Shown here: piece after piece, positions 33,005 to 44,478 of the stretch
How the letters are laid out: the number at the start of each line of letters is the position of its first letter
Position numbering within the stretch: the first letter of the stretch is position 1
Source of the DNA: an uncultured Rivularia sp.
Lineage (GTDB): Bacteria; Cyanobacteriota; Cyanobacteriia; Cyanobacteriales; Nostocaceae
Direction: 5' to 3'
DNA: 64,000 nt
NCBI GenBank assembly: GCA_963665115.1
Contig: OY762007.1
Coordinates: 4,000,001-4,064,000 of the forward strand
The notes under the pieces: model-generated
The model's database searches: none
Told to the model about the DNA's origin: nothing
Seen by the model: the letters and a program-made list of their open reading frames with translations, nothing else
Program-made: the position numbers and the translations under genes

Positions 33005-33445
33005 ATGCACCACGCTTCTATTCGTACTGCGGATATTCACTCTGCGATCGCCTTTTACGAACAATTGGGTTTCACAGTATGCGAGCGCTTCACGACGGGT
33101 TATACTCTGGCTTGTTGGATGGAAGGATTGGGAGGAAGAATTGAGTTAATTCAAATCCCCGAGCCGAAACCTGCTGCGGATGCATTTGCTGACGAACATT
33201 ATGTGGGATATTACCATCTGTCCTTCGATATCACCGAGACTGCGCCCGATTTACCCAGTTGGTTGAGCAGCATAAAAGAAAATTTTGCCGAAGCATCCCG
33301 CAAGCAGCCAGAAATAATAAAGCCATTAAAAGTACTTTTAGAACCAACTCAGCAGCAAATAGGCAGTTGTATCTATGAAGTTGCTTTCATCGCCGATACT
33401 GATAATTTACCGTTGGAATTTATTCGCAACTTGACAATTAAGTAA
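33005..33445 (+). CDS. VOC/glyoxalase family protein
   Basis: MHHASIRTADIHSAIAFYEQLGF, YHLSF, DTDNLPLEF. Confidence 0.87.
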   Translation: MHHASIRTADIHSAIAFYEQLGFTVCERFTTGYTLACWMEGLGGRIELIQIPEPKPAADAFADEHYVGYYHLSFDITETAPDLPSWLSSIKENFAEASRKQPEIIKPLKVLLEPTQQQIGSCIYEVAFIADTDNLPLEFIRNLTIK

Positions 33446-33663
33446 ATTATAGAATTACTCCTTTGTGTTCCCTATTGCCCGTTCCCTAACCCCTACGAGT
33501 TATTAAGTAATTAAAACAAACTCATATAGTTGTAATTAATTACTTTTATCTGTAGAATAAACATTCTCTGTAGTGTTGCCGAGGCGACAGATTCCGACAG
33601 CAGATTAAACTATATTCAAAATAAAAATCTGTAGTTAATCTCACAGATAAATTAAGCAAATAA

Positions 33664-36567
33664 ATGTCTGTATATTTTACGTTTTTGCGTATTTGTCGTT
33701 TTCCGTCTTTACTTTTGGGGCTAGTACCGATCCTAGTTCTATTTTTTGGTGGTGAATCGGATAGCAGCAAGTTATTAGCTGCTTCAAAATGCGTAAATAA
33801 TCGCAAAGAATTGGTGACAAAAGAAAATACGATCTTGACGGTAGCTGAAAATGTTCGTAAAACTACGTTAGACAATGGTCTAAGCATCATAACAAAAGAA
33901 GTGCATACCGCGCCAGTGGTAAGCGTACAGGTATGGTACAAAGTCGGAACCCGCAATGAGAAACTGGGTGTAAATGGTATTGCTCACCAGCTCGAACATA
34001 TGATGTTCAAAGGTACAAAAAGCCGTCCCGTGCAGTTTGGGAAACTTTTTAGTGCTTTGGGTAGCGATTCAAATGCTTTCACCAGTCACGATCAAACAGT
34101 ATATTACGGTACTGCCGAACGCAATAAGTTAAAAGCGCTTCTGACTTTAGAAGCGGACAGAATGCAGAATGCTGTTATTGACGCGAAGCAGTTAAATAGT
34201 GAAAAGCGGGTTGTAATTTCTGAGTTAAATGGTTACGAGAATAGCCCAGAGTATCGTTTGAATCGGGTGGTTATGCGGGCTGCTTTTCCCAATCATCCTT
34301 ATGGATTACCCGTTGGTGGTACTGAAAAAGATGTGGAGAATTTTACGTTAGAACAGGTAAAAGAATATTACAAAAATTTTTACAGCCCTGATAATGCAGT
34401 GTTAGTGATTGTAGGTGATATTGAAACTAATAAAACTATTGCGGCAGTAAAGGAAATTTTTGGGAAAATACCAGGAAATAAAAATACAGGCTCAAAAAGT
34501 GAAGTAGTTGATAATAGTTTTGTAGAAGGCGTTTCTAATTTATCCGAACCGATTGTATTAAAGCAACCCGGCTCTGCACCGTTATTTCAAGCTGTATATC
34601 CCCTCCCTTCAGCAAAACATAAGGATATACCAGCCTTGGATGTAATGGATTATATTTTGGCTGAAGGACGAAATTCGCGTCTTTATCAAGCTTTAGTCAA
34701 TTCAGGAAAAGCTAGTGATGTGTCGGCAAGTGTTGTTAGCCTACAAGATGCAGGTTGGTACGAATTATTAGTCACAGCGAATTCCGCAGCTAATTTATCT
34801 AAAATTAAATCGATAATTAATCGCGAGATTAGTAATTTAGCGGATAAGGAAATTACAGCAGAAGAATTAAGTAGAGCAAAAGCTCAGTTGCAAGCATCAG
34901 TCATTTTAAGTAATCGCGATATTACCTCTTTGGCAATGCAGTTAGGTAATGATGAAGCAACTACAGGCGATTATACTTATACAGACCGTTATTTAGCTGC
35001 CATACAAAAAGTAACTGTTCAAGAGGTGCAGCAGGTAGCTCAAAAATATTTAAAACAGCAAAGCCAAACAGTAGGCTTTTTTAAACCAACTGATATAAAA
35101 GTTAAAGAAAAAACCGAGAATAAAGAAATTTCAGTAGAAAAAAGCCAGCATTTTCCTAAAAGTACTCTTAGAAACGCTGATGTAGTGAAGTACCTACCAC
35201 CAGTAGATTCGACTATCGCTTCAACAAGTCGGATAATACCCGAAAAATTTACTTTACCTAACGGTTTAGAAATTCTGCTGCTACCAGACAAAAGCACTTC
35301 TACGGTAACTCTGGGTGGCTATATCAAAGCTGGTACAGAATTCGACCCAAATGGCAAAGCAGGTTTAGCATCTTTGGTTGCAGATAATTTAATCAACGGT
35401 ACCAAAGACAAAGATGTTTTAAGTATCGCTAAAACTTTAGAAGATTGCGGTGCAAGTTTAGATATTAAAACCTATCGCGAAGGCATTTACTTTGAAGGTA
35501 ACAGCTTGTCGGACGATTTATCGGTGTTAGTAAAAACTTTAGGAGATGTAATTAAAAATCCGATTTTTCCTCGCAAGCAATTGCAGCTAACACGTCAACA
35601 AGCTTTGACGGCGCTTAAGCAGGATTTGGACGATCCAGAAGAAGTTGCCCAAAAAACTTTTTTACAAGCGGTTTTTCCCAAAACACATCCTTCTTATAGC
35701 TTTCCATCACAAGAAAGTTTGCAGCGAATTACTCGTCGCGATCTAGTTGACTTTCAGCAAAAACATTATCGTCCCGATACCACGGTATTAGCATTAGTTG
35801 GTGATTTCCAACCAGATCGAGTCAAAAAGCTGATAGAAAAAGAATTTGGAGATTGGCAAGTTTCGGGTGAAATGCCCAAAGCAGAATATCCACCCGTAGA
35901 TTTACCCAAATCAATTGTCCGTGTTAACCCGGTAGTTCCCGGTAAAGCCCAAGCAATCACTTTCATGGGCAACAAAGCGATTAATCGTCAAGATCCTAGA
36001 TATTATGCTGCAAAAGTCTTAAATCATATTTTAGGTGGCGATACTTTATCGAGCAGACTTGGTTCTCAAGTACGCGACCGTTTGGGCTTGACATATGGTA
36101 TTTTCAGTAACTTCCTCGCCGGTAAAAACTCTGGAACATTTTTGATTGAAATGCAAACCAGTCCAGAAGATACTACAAAGGCGATCGCCAGTACGCGCCA
36201 ATTATTAGAAGACTTGCACAGAAAGGGTGTAACTGCTGCGGAGGTTGAGACTGCTAAGCGTAATCTAACCGGCAATTATAACGTTTCTCTTGCTTCCCCC
36301 GATGAACTAACCTATAGAATTATCAAAAATAACGTATTAGGTTTAGATGCAGAAGAGTTACGTAGTTATACCGAAAAAATTCAAACAGTCACTTCCGAAC
36401 AAGTAAATCAAGCAGCACGCGAGTTACTTCATCCAGACAAAATTGTAGTTGTTACCGCAGGTCCTCCCGTATTAGCAAACCAAGGAAAAAGAAGTAATCG
36501 GTTGTCAATAAGCAACGAACAGCGAAAAGTGAACAGCGAACAGCGAACAGTGAACAGTGAACAGTGA
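33664..36567 (+). CDS. M16 (pitrilysin-family) zinc peptidase, two-domain
   Basis: HxxEH (HQLEH) in the first domain; second M16 domain lacks the metal motif. Confidence 0.92.
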   Translation: MSVYFTFLRICRFPSLLLGLVPILVLFFGGESDSSKLLAASKCVNNRKELVTKENTILTVAENVRKTTLDNGLSIITKEVHTAPVVSVQVWYKVGTRNEKLGVNGIAHQLEHMMFKGTKSRPVQFGKLFSALGSDSNAFTSHDQTVYYGTAERNKLKALLTLEADRMQNAVIDAKQLNSEKRVVISELNGYENSPEYRLNRVVMRAAFPNHPYGLPVGGTEKDVENFTLEQVKEYYKNFYSPDNAVLVIVGDIETNKTIAAVKEIFGKIPGNKNTGSKSEVVDNSFVEGVSNLSEPIVLKQPGSAPLFQAVYPLPSAKHKDIPALDVMDYILAEGRNSRLYQALVNSGKASDVSASVVSLQDAGWYELLVTANSAANLSKIKSIINREISNLADKEITAEELSRAKAQLQASVILSNRDITSLAMQLGNDEATTGDYTYTDRYLAAIQKVTVQEVQQVAQKYLKQQSQTVGFFKPTDIKVKEKTENKEISVEKSQHFPKSTLRNADVVKYLPPVDSTIASTSRIIPEKFTLPNGLEILLLPDKSTSTVTLGGYIKAGTEFDPNGKAGLASLVADNLINGTKDKDVLSIAKTLEDCGASLDIKTYREGIYFEGNSLSDDLSVLVKTLGDVIKNPIFPRKQLQLTRQQALTALKQDLDDPEEVAQKTFLQAVFPKTHPSYSFPSQESLQRITRRDLVDFQQKHYRPDTTVLALVGDFQPDRVKKLIEKEFGDWQVSGEMPKAEYPPVDLPKSIVRVNPVVPGKAQAITFMGNKAINRQDPRYYAAKVLNHILGGDTLSSRLGSQVRDRLGLTYGIFSNFLAGKNSGTFLIEMQTSPEDTTKAIASTRQLLEDLHRKGVTAAEVETAKRNLTGNYNVSLASPDELTYRIIKNNVLGLDAEELRSYTEKIQTVTSEQVNQAARELLHPDKIVVVTAGPPVLANQGKRSNRLSISNEQRKVNSEQRTVNSEQ

Positions 36568-36590
36568 ACAGTGAACAGTGAACAGTGAAC
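36515..36590. repeat. STRR array (TGAACAG)n overlapping the peptidase stop codon
   Basis: Direct reading. Confidence 0.8.
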
Positions 36591-36764
36591 AATTATTAAT
36601 TATCAATTAATAACTTCTAACTCATAACTCTTAACTCCCTCTCCCCATCTCCCCGATGGGGCAATTGGTACAAAATAAGTTAACTTAAAATATAGTATTG
36701 TTCTTCAATTTGGCTAGTAAATCAATTCACATTTAAGCGGCAACACGCAATTCATTATTATCTT

Positions 36765-37592
36765 ATGAACATCTTAAGTAACCTGCTTTCTCAACCACGA
36801 TCGGAAAGTCGCCCTAAAAGACAACGTAGGGGAATTGAAATCAAATCGCCGCGTGAAATTGAAATTATGCGTCAATCGGCGAAAATTGTTGCCACTGTAT
36901 TAAAAGAAATTTCTGAGTTGGTAAAGCCAGGAATGAGTACAGCAGACTTGGATGCTCATGCTGAAAAGCGCATTCGCGAAATGGGCGCGACACCAAGCTT
37001 TAAGGGATATCACGGTTTTCCAGGTTCTATTTGTTCTAGCATCAATAATGAAGTAGTACACGGTATTCCCAGTGCTAAGAAAGTGATTCGTTCTGGTGAT
37101 GTTTTAAAAGTTGATACTGGTGCCTTCTTTGAGGGATTTCACGGTGATTCCTGTATTACAATCGCCGTTGAAGAAGTAAGGGATAAAGATGCTAAATTAA
37201 TTCGTGTTGCCGAAGAATCTCTTTATAAAGGTATTGAGCAAGTCAAAGCTGGTAACTATTTAATGGATATTGCTGGTGCGATTGAAGACCATGTAAAAGC
37301 CAATGGTTTTAGCGTAGTTGAAGACTTTACCGGACATGGTGTTGGTAGAAACTTGCACGAAGAACCTTCCGTTTTTAATTACCGCACCCGTGAAATGCCT
37401 AATGTCAAATTGCGTAAGGGAATGACCTTAGCAATCGAACCAATTTTAAATGCTGGTTCCAAACATTGTAAAACCTTATCCGATCGTTGGACTGCGGTAA
37501 CTGTAGATAATTCATATTCAGCACAGTTTGAGCATACTGTATTAGTTACAGAAACTGGATATGAGATTTTAACCGATCGCACAAAGGTTTAG
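36765..37592 (+). CDS. map: Type I methionine aminopeptidase
   Basis: [16 protein letters not shown]...HGDS, GHGVG...HEEP, AIEP, AQFEHT. Confidence 0.95.
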   Translation: MNILSNLLSQPRSESRPKRQRRGIEIKSPREIEIMRQSAKIVATVLKEISELVKPGMSTADLDAHAEKRIREMGATPSFKGYHGFPGSICSSINNEVVHGIPSAKKVIRSGDVLKVDTGAFFEGFHGDSCITIAVEEVRDKDAKLIRVAEESLYKGIEQVKAGNYLMDIAGAIEDHVKANGFSVVEDFTGHGVGRNLHEEPSVFNYRTREMPNVKLRKGMTLAIEPILNAGSKHCKTLSDRWTAVTVDNSYSAQFEHTVLVTETGYEILTDRTKV

Positions 37593-37712
37593 ATTTTGGA
37601 TTTTGGATTTTGAATTTTTAATATGTATTTAAATGTAGAGACGCGATATTATGCCCTCCGGGCACGCTGCGCTAACGCGTCTCTACAAACATAATAGTTA
37701 TCTAATAAATAA

Positions 37713-38390
37713 CTAATTCTTCTCAATTTCGTCAAATTTTGCCCTAACAGCTTGAATATCCTGCCACATCAACCATTTGGGACCACCGACTTCGCGAGAT
37801 GAATTGCGTAGTAAGTAAGAAGGATGAAAAATAGGCATACATAAACGGCCTTCCCAATCTATCCACTGTCCGCGAATTTTGGTAATTCCGCGTTTTTCTG
37901 CTAGTAAACCTTTGAGAGCCGTCGCACCTGTCAAAAGGATGATTTTCGGATCGATTAGCCGAATTTGTTCTAAAAGGTATGGTTTACAAGCTTTGATTTC
38001 TTCAGCAGTTGGATTGCGATTGTCAGGAGGACGACATTTATTAATGTTGGCTATATATACATCTTTCTCGCTATCGAGTTTTACAGAAGCCAAAATTTTT
38101 TCCAGAAGTTGTCCCGCTCTTCCAACAAAAGGTAGCCCGGTTTCATCTTCATTTTGACCGGGTGCTTCTCCAATAATCATAATTGATGCTTGAAGATTTC
38201 CTCTTCCAACCACAGCATTTTGACGGGTTTCTCCCAGCTGACAACGATGACAATTATTGCAATGTTGTGCCAAGTCCATCATGGTTGGATAAGTGCCCGG
38301 AGGAATAGCAACTTTGGCATCTTTTGGAATATCTTCTTTTTGATTAAGAGTTGAGTCCTCGAAAAGACTTAACTGATTTTCGCTGCTCAT
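37713..38390 (-). CDS. Uracil-DNA glycosylase family 4
   Basis: CxxC, GEAPG, PFVG, NINKCRPP, FHPSYLLR. Confidence 0.92.
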   Translation of the reverse strand: MSSENQLSLFEDSTLNQKEDIPKDAKVAIPPGTYPTMMDLAQHCNNCHRCQLGETRQNAVVGRGNLQASIMIIGEAPGQNEDETGLPFVGRAGQLLEKILASVKLDSEKDVYIANINKCRPPDNRNPTAEEIKACKPYLLEQIRLIDPKIILLTGATALKGLLAEKRGITKIRGQWIDWEGRLCMPIFHPSYLLRNSSREVGGPKWLMWQDIQAVRAKFDEIEKN

Positions 38391-38553
38391 TTGAAATTAA
38401 ACTTGCGTTTGGCAAAAGAATCTTTAGAAATATTGGTTCGGGTACGCTTTTTTTGCGTAATACTTGTATCTATAAACCCTTTATTATATCAGCTATTTCG
38501 AGTAGACGACAGCAATATTCAAGCCAATGCCGTTGTAAAGTGTTTAGTAAATC

Positions 38554-39237
38554 ATGTTATACAACCCACTTTTTCAAAATCGCGAAGCTGCTGGTGAGGA
38601 GTTAGCCCAAGCAATTCGTACTCAGTTGAACAAACAACAGGTTGAATCTGGATTAAAACCAATCCCAATTGTTTATGCTTTACCTAGAGGGGGATTACCA
38701 GTTGCTTTGCCAGTAGCGCGTTTGCTTGATTGTCCTTTAAAAATAGAAGTTGCAAAAAAAATTAGTCATCCGCAAAATGAGGAATTAGCTATTGGTGCGG
38801 TGACTGCTTCAGGAAGTGTGATTTGGGCGGACAATAGGATATTTCGCTTCAGATTTTATTCGCGAGAAAGACGGCAGGCAAGTTTAAATGCAGCAATAGA
38901 CTGTGCTAAATCTTTAGAGACACAGTTGAATCGTGCTTGTTCTCAAGTAAAGGTTGAGGGATCAACTATTATCTTAGTCGATGATGGTATCGCAACAGGT
39001 ATGACTATAGCAGCAGCAGCAACCGCTCTGAGAAAATTAAATCCCGCACAAATTTGGCTGTGTACTCCAGTTTTACCTAAAAATTTAATCCCTTGGCTGC
39101 ATAAATGGGGCGAGCAGGTTATTGCCTTAGCAGCACCAGAATCGTTTTTAAGCGTAAGTAATTTCTATGTAGAATTTCCTCAAATCGAAACCCAAGAAGC
39201 TTTAGAATATTTTCAACAGCAATCGATTAAAAGCTAA
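38554..39237 (+). CDS. Phosphoribosyltransferase family protein
   Basis: [24 protein letters not shown]. Confidence 0.88.
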   Translation: MLYNPLFQNREAAGEELAQAIRTQLNKQQVESGLKPIPIVYALPRGGLPVALPVARLLDCPLKIEVAKKISHPQNEELAIGAVTASGSVIWADNRIFRFRFYSRERRQASLNAAIDCAKSLETQLNRACSQVKVEGSTIILVDDGIATGMTIAAAATALRKLNPAQIWLCTPVLPKNLIPWLHKWGEQVIALAAPESFLSVSNFYVEFPQIETQEALEYFQQQSIKS

Positions 39238-39239
39238 GA

Positions 39240-39355
39240 GGGAACGGGGAACGGGGAACGGGGAATTGGGAATTGGTAATGGGGAATTGGGAATTGGGAA
39301 TTGGTAATTGGGAATTGGTAATTGGTAATGGGGAATTGGTAATGGGGAATGGGGA
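39240..39355. repeat. STRR array (GGGAATT/GGTAATT)n
   Basis: Direct reading. Confidence 0.85.
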
Positions 39356-39435
39356 TTCATAATACTATTTCATTGAGCTTCATTAAAGAAATAACTAATA
39401 TCTACATAAAAATTAGTTTTTCTTCTTCCCATTCT

Positions 39436-39650
39436 TCCCTACTCCCTACTTACTACTCCCTACTCCCTACTCCCTACTTACTACTCCCTACTCCCTACTC
39501 CCTACTTACTACTCCCTACTCCCTACTCCCTACTTACTACTCCCTACTCCCTACTTACTACTCCCTACTCCCTACTCCCTACTCCCTACTTACTACTCCC
39601 TACTCCCTACTCCCTACTCTCTACTCCCTACTCCCTACTCCCTATTCCCT
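39436..39650. repeat. Long STRR array (CCCTACT/TACTTAC)n
   Basis: About 30 heptamer units read directly. Confidence 0.9.
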
Positions 39651-39652
39651 AA

Positions 39653-40732
39653 TTAATCGTATTTCACTGCTCTAGCGTAGTCGCCCATAGCATAACAAGC
39701 AGTTTTTAGACTAGCACGAGCTTGATCTTGACTGCGACGGTCTTTAATTTCTTTAGCTATCCGCAAACGTTCTTCATGATAGGACATTGCACCCTCGTAA
39801 TCCCCTAAAGCTTCACAAGCAACTCCCAAGCTACCTAAAGATTGTTCTTGGGCACGTGTATCTTGAGTTTCTTTTGCTAATTGAAACCGTTCTTCATAGT
39901 AAATAATCGTTTTTTTATACTCACCCAAAGCATAGCAAGCATTACCAAGATTTTTTAAGACTTGAATGCTAGTACGACGGTTTTTTAGTATGCGAGATAC
40001 AACGATACAATCTTCGTAGTAATCGATCGCTTTAGAGTAATTCATCAAAGCATACCAAGCATTACCTAAATTTTTTAATATTTGCTCTTCTCCCCAGTTA
40101 TCCTGAAGTTCGCGTACTAATTTTAAACTTTTTTCTTGATACTCGATTGCCTTAGAAAGATTATTTAAGGCTTTATAAACTAATCCCAAATTATTAAGTG
40201 CTGCTATCTCAGAGCGACTATCTTGTATTTCTTGAGCTTTTTCCAAACATTCTTGTAAAAATTCTATAGCTTCGGAGTGCTGTTTTAAATGACGATAAGC
40301 GTTGCCTAAATGTGAAAGTGCTTGAATCTGCAAACGCTCTTCCTGAGCTTCTTTAGCCAAAGACAAGCATTGTTGAGCGTAGGATATAACGCTTTTATAA
40401 TCGCCAGAACAATAAGCTACTAGTGCTAAATAAGAAAGCGCTTGAGCCTGTTTTGGAGAATTTCCATAGGCTTGAAATAGAGCGCTGGAGTGCTGTAAAG
40501 CCTTGATTGCAGCATTGAAGTCTCCAGCTTGTTGCTGTTGAATTCCCTGCTGCAATAACTCAGATGCTTCAAATGACTCTTCTTCATCCTTAAACGGAAC
40601 CTCTGTTTGTAAAGCTTCATCAACTTCTTGGATACCGCTATCGCTGTCTTCTTGATTTTTTTTTAGAAATTCTATCGGTACGTTTAAGGGTAGTGTATTT
40701 TTTAAACTTGAATTCCATTTATTTTTTTGCAT
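39653..40732 (-). CDS. Tetratricopeptide repeat protein
   Basis: Repeated L.NLG.AY..L..Y.KAI.Y units. Confidence 0.9.
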   Translation of the reverse strand: MQKNKWNSSLKNTLPLNVPIEFLKKNQEDSDSGIQEVDEALQTEVPFKDEEESFEASELLQQGIQQQQAGDFNAAIKALQHSSALFQAYGNSPKQAQALSYLALVAYCSGDYKSVISYAQQCLSLAKEAQEERLQIQALSHLGNAYRHLKQHSEAIEFLQECLEKAQEIQDSRSEIAALNNLGLVYKALNNLSKAIEYQEKSLKLVRELQDNWGEEQILKNLGNAWYALMNYSKAIDYYEDCIVVSRILKNRRTSIQVLKNLGNACYALGEYKKTIIYYEERFQLAKETQDTRAQEQSLGSLGVACEALGDYEGAMSYHEERLRIAKEIKDRRSQDQARASLKTACYAMGDYARAVKYD

Positions 40733-41489
40733 CGACCGCTTGCTCTCTGTGAATAATGATTGGTAAAGTTAGTATTCCCAAAATATTTGCCTAAATTTCA
40801 TTCTAAAAAGTAAATTTTAATAAATAGAGAATGAAATAGCACTAACGGTTCAAATCTCAACTAGTTTAGTGTTTAGAAAAAATATGTATTCCTTAAGGTT
40901 TTTAAGACTTTTAGTTAAATATCAAAAATCAAAATTTCAGCTTAGCTTGAGGACAGTATGCCGTTTTACGACTGCCTAAGTATCTCAATATTTTAAGGAT
41001 TTATTGCATAAAGCAAATTCTTATGACTAAACGAAAATACTATTAATCAAATAGCAGAATAATTAGAATTATCTCTTAGTTTGAGTTGTCTTAAAAGTAA
41101 TGACACTGCTATTTTAAACAAAAAATGATAAATAGTCAGTGAAGATTCAATAAAAAATAGTAAAAATAATAGCAATATTTATATTCAAAATATGTAAAAT
41201 ATACTGATAGTATTAGTACGGATTTTATGCATCATGCAATATATTCTGCTTCAATCTCATGAATTTGGGGATTGTTCAAGATTAACTCAATTGAAATTAC
41301 GCTGTTCTAATAATTGCATCTTGATTTAAATTTATTTATACTCGATCAATTTATATTTTAAAGCAAAATATATTGTTTTGAATTAACTATATATATGCTT
41401 TGAAAAAAAACACAAAAAGCTAACGCTTTACTATAAAAGGTTAAGAAAAATAAAGCAACAGCAAAAGAAGTCGCATTCTGATTGAACCT

Positions 41490-42278
41490 TTACTGTTTTT
41501 GCCAATTATCGACTATAGCTTTATCAAAATTAGCGCCTATTAAATTAGCACCTTGAAGTTTTGCATTCGTAAGATTTGCACCTGCAAAATTAGCACCTTT
41601 AAGGTTTGCCCATCTTAAATCTGCACCTCTTAAATCAGCTTCGCTCATATCGGCTTGCAATAAATATGCACCACCAAGGTGAGCTTTAGTTAAATTTGCT
41701 TTGTTTAAATTTGCTTGATAAAAATAAGCGCCGATTGCTTCGACTTCGTGCAAATTGGCGTTTATCAGTTCAGCACCAATCAGGTTAGCATCATGTAACG
41801 TTGCTTTCCAAAGATTGGCACGGTTTAGCTTTGCTCCCCCTAAATCTACACCTTTGAGATTCGCGTCTTTTAAATTAGTGCCAATCAAGTTTGCTTTACT
41901 CATAAAAGCATCTTTTAAATTCGCTGAACTTAAATCAACCCCAATCAAATTAGCGAGACTTAAATTAGCTTTCGTAAGATTCGCATTCCTTAGTTTGGCC
42001 AAACTAAAATTAGCTTTGATTAAATTAGCTTCTTGAAAATTTGTATTGCTAAGATTTGCGCTATTAAAGTCAGCTTTAGTTAGATTTGCTCGTGCTAGCA
42101 TTGCATTTTCTAAGTTTACATGGCTCAAATTCACACCTTGGAGATTTGCACCTGCAAGATTGTATCCATATAAATTTGCCGAACTTAAATCTAATTCAAC
42201 TTGAGGATTTTTCTTTCTCCACTCATCCCCTTTGAAAGTACCAGTTCTGAATAAAGTCAGATGTTCTAAATTTGCCAT
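41490..42278 (-). CDS. Pentapeptide repeat protein
   Basis: A(N/D)L repeats throughout. Confidence 0.92.
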   Translation of the reverse strand: MANLEHLTLFRTGTFKGDEWRKKNPQVELDLSSANLYGYNLAGANLQGVNLSHVNLENAMLARANLTKADFNSANLSNTNFQEANLIKANFSLAKLRNANLTKANLSLANLIGVDLSSANLKDAFMSKANLIGTNLKDANLKGVDLGGAKLNRANLWKATLHDANLIGAELINANLHEVEAIGAYFYQANLNKANLTKAHLGGAYLLQADMSEADLRGADLRWANLKGANFAGANLTNAKLQGANLIGANFDKAIVDNWQKQ

Positions 42279-42287
42279 AATTATTCT

Positions 42288-42930
42288 TTATTGCTGACGC
42301 TTGCTTGGGGAATTTACCCTACCAGCTACGTTTTCAATCGCCGCTAACGCTCCATCTGCACCTGCAAGTATATCTTGTTCTTGTCCCCCTAAATAAAGCC
42401 GACCAAAACTACCTACAGCGTTAACAGCCAAAATATTTATCGATGCAGCTTTTTCGGCTTCATTTGCAGCTAACGCAGCATAAGCAGCAGGTTCAACTTC
42501 CAATACATACAAAGTTTGTCCCGCTAACAACATCTGTCCCTCGTCGAGTGCGATTAATCAGCTGTGTTTGATAAGCGTCAACATTGCGAATAATTTGACT
42601 AGAAACTACCCTGGGTTTAAGCCCTTCATCCCTTCTGACTCCCAAAGCCTCTAAAATAGCCTGTCCCGCAGTACGAGTTTCGCCCTGAGAGCTAGAATGC
42701 ACTTCCAGCAAACCATACAGCCTTTCTACCATCTGGACTGCCGGACGAACCGAAGCAGATTTTAGTGCTACATCAGTAATTCGATTAATTTCAATACCGG
42801 GGGAGATTTCAACCCACAAAGAAGTGTCTCCAGGTAGTGGTAAAAAACCTTGGGCTACCGTTCCCATATACGCTGCGTGTTGAGGTTGTAAATTATCGAG
42901 ATATACAAAACTGCGTAGTTCTACACCCAA
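42288..42930 (-). CDS. ccmP: Carboxysome tandem-BMC shell protein CcmP, apparent +1 frameshift at about 42538-42540
   Basis: [61 protein letters not shown]. Removing one base restores [10 protein letters not shown]. Confidence 0.88.
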
Positions 42931-43432
42931 GATTTCGCTCCAGCCATAAGGATAAGAAATAATTATTATATGGATTTAAACTACCATAATGCGGCTACCA
43001 GTAGGGAAGAAGGAAATTTTAGATTTTGGATTGAAGAGTTAGGAGTTGAAGAGAGCGGAGGGAGCGGAGTAAGAAAGAATTTTTTTGCCTCCCCTGCCTC
43101 CCCTACTCTCTTCCCCCTTTTCCTCTTGTCCCCTTGTCTTTGCGAATCTATCACGTTCAAAGCGTTAGCTTTGCGGGCGATCGCCATATTGAATCGCTGT
43201 AATTTCCGATAAATTCATAAATAATATCGGTTTGGCAAATAGGTTCAAGTTTATAACCGAGAACCTTATTAACCAAACCGATAGTGGTATTTTTAAATTT
43301 TATGATGGCTAGTTAAGAACGGTGTTGTCTTCACAAAATAATAAATTAATCAACTAATTAATGCTTTTGCAAGAAACACAATATCAATTTCTTTAAATCG
43401 GGAATTAAGAACTATCCCTCTTTGCAGGGCTA

Positions 43433-43636
43433 TTAGTTATGCATCAATACTCCTGCTTCGGTTTGACTATTATCGTAAGTAGTATCTCTAAAAATTACTT
43501 CCGTACCTTTGCTCGGATGTACAATTTCCACATTTGACGAACCTTTAATATTCTCCGCTACAGCCGCTGATATCGCGAAAAATATATCGAAAGTGAAGAA
43601 AATAGCTAGTGCAACAATAAAAAATGTTCTTTTCAT
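43433..43636 (-). CDS. Small hypothetical secreted protein
   Basis: 67 aa with signal peptide (MKRTFFIVALA...AVA); GAGG RBS. Confidence 0.5.
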   Translation of the reverse strand: MKRTFFIVALAIFFTFDIFFAISAAVAENIKGSSNVEIVHPSKGTEVIFRDTTYDNSQTEAGVLMHN

Positions 43637-43646
43637 GAATTTAACC

Positions 43647-44000
43647 TCAATTTACAGCAGATGCACTTAGTAAAATACCAATTGCAATAATTGAAATTGC
43701 GCCGATAATACTAAGCTTGTTTTGTGGTTTCCGTTTTTGTTGGGAAACTTCGAGCCATTGATAGGCATAAATTGCTAAAAGTGCTAAAGTTCCCAGCACC
43801 AAAGCCAATCCCAAACTAAAAGCACACATTCAGCAGCATTCCGTAAACCTTTTAGTGCAAAGCGATCGCACCAAGCAGTAAAATTCGCGCTGATAGACAT
43901 GGTGCAATCCCTCCAGCAATACCAATCGCGATTAGAGAACGTATAGAAATTGATTTCTCTAAATGATGATGGTAATGATTGTTGAGTTTTGCTGGACAAC
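43647..44000 (-). pseudogene. Degraded RcnA/NiCoT-type nickel/cobalt transporter, C-terminal half
   Basis: HYHHH...SLIAIGIAGGIAPCLSARILLLGAIALH, then in another frame AFSLGLALVL...GILL; N-terminal half not recognisable. Confidence 0.7.
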
Positions 44001-44478
44001 TGCCTGCCCGGAATAAGATAAAGCAGGTTTTATATTCCACAAAACCATTATTGTCATTAAAGCCCAAAGCGGTAAATACTTGTTTGTAGAACTTACATAC
44101 TCGTAACAAAATTTGACATAAATCTATTAGAACTTGTACAAATATGAATCTGGAACAGTTTTTGCAAAAGTATTCTCTATGAAGCTGCTTGTGATTCATT
44201 TTTAGCAGTCATTCCGCTGTGATGCCTTACCCATTTGAGATTAAATAAATCGAGCGTTGCCCAACTAGTCATGGAGATAAATAAAAATTTTGCGTATTAC
44301 AGAAAAGTATTTCACAAATTGCCCAAATAATTAACAACTTTGCGATAAATATTTAAGTTGCTTAACAATACTAAAGATTTCTGAATGCTCTTAATAAAAT
44401 ATTTGTTTGAAGAAATTTATAGCTAAGTAAATAATTTAGAATGTTTTTCTTAATCAGACATTTTAAATAAAAGGGTGT

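Noticed and set aside
39349..39675. 108-aa ORF rich in LLPTPYS
   Set aside because: Translation of the (CCCTACT)n STRR array, not a credible gene.
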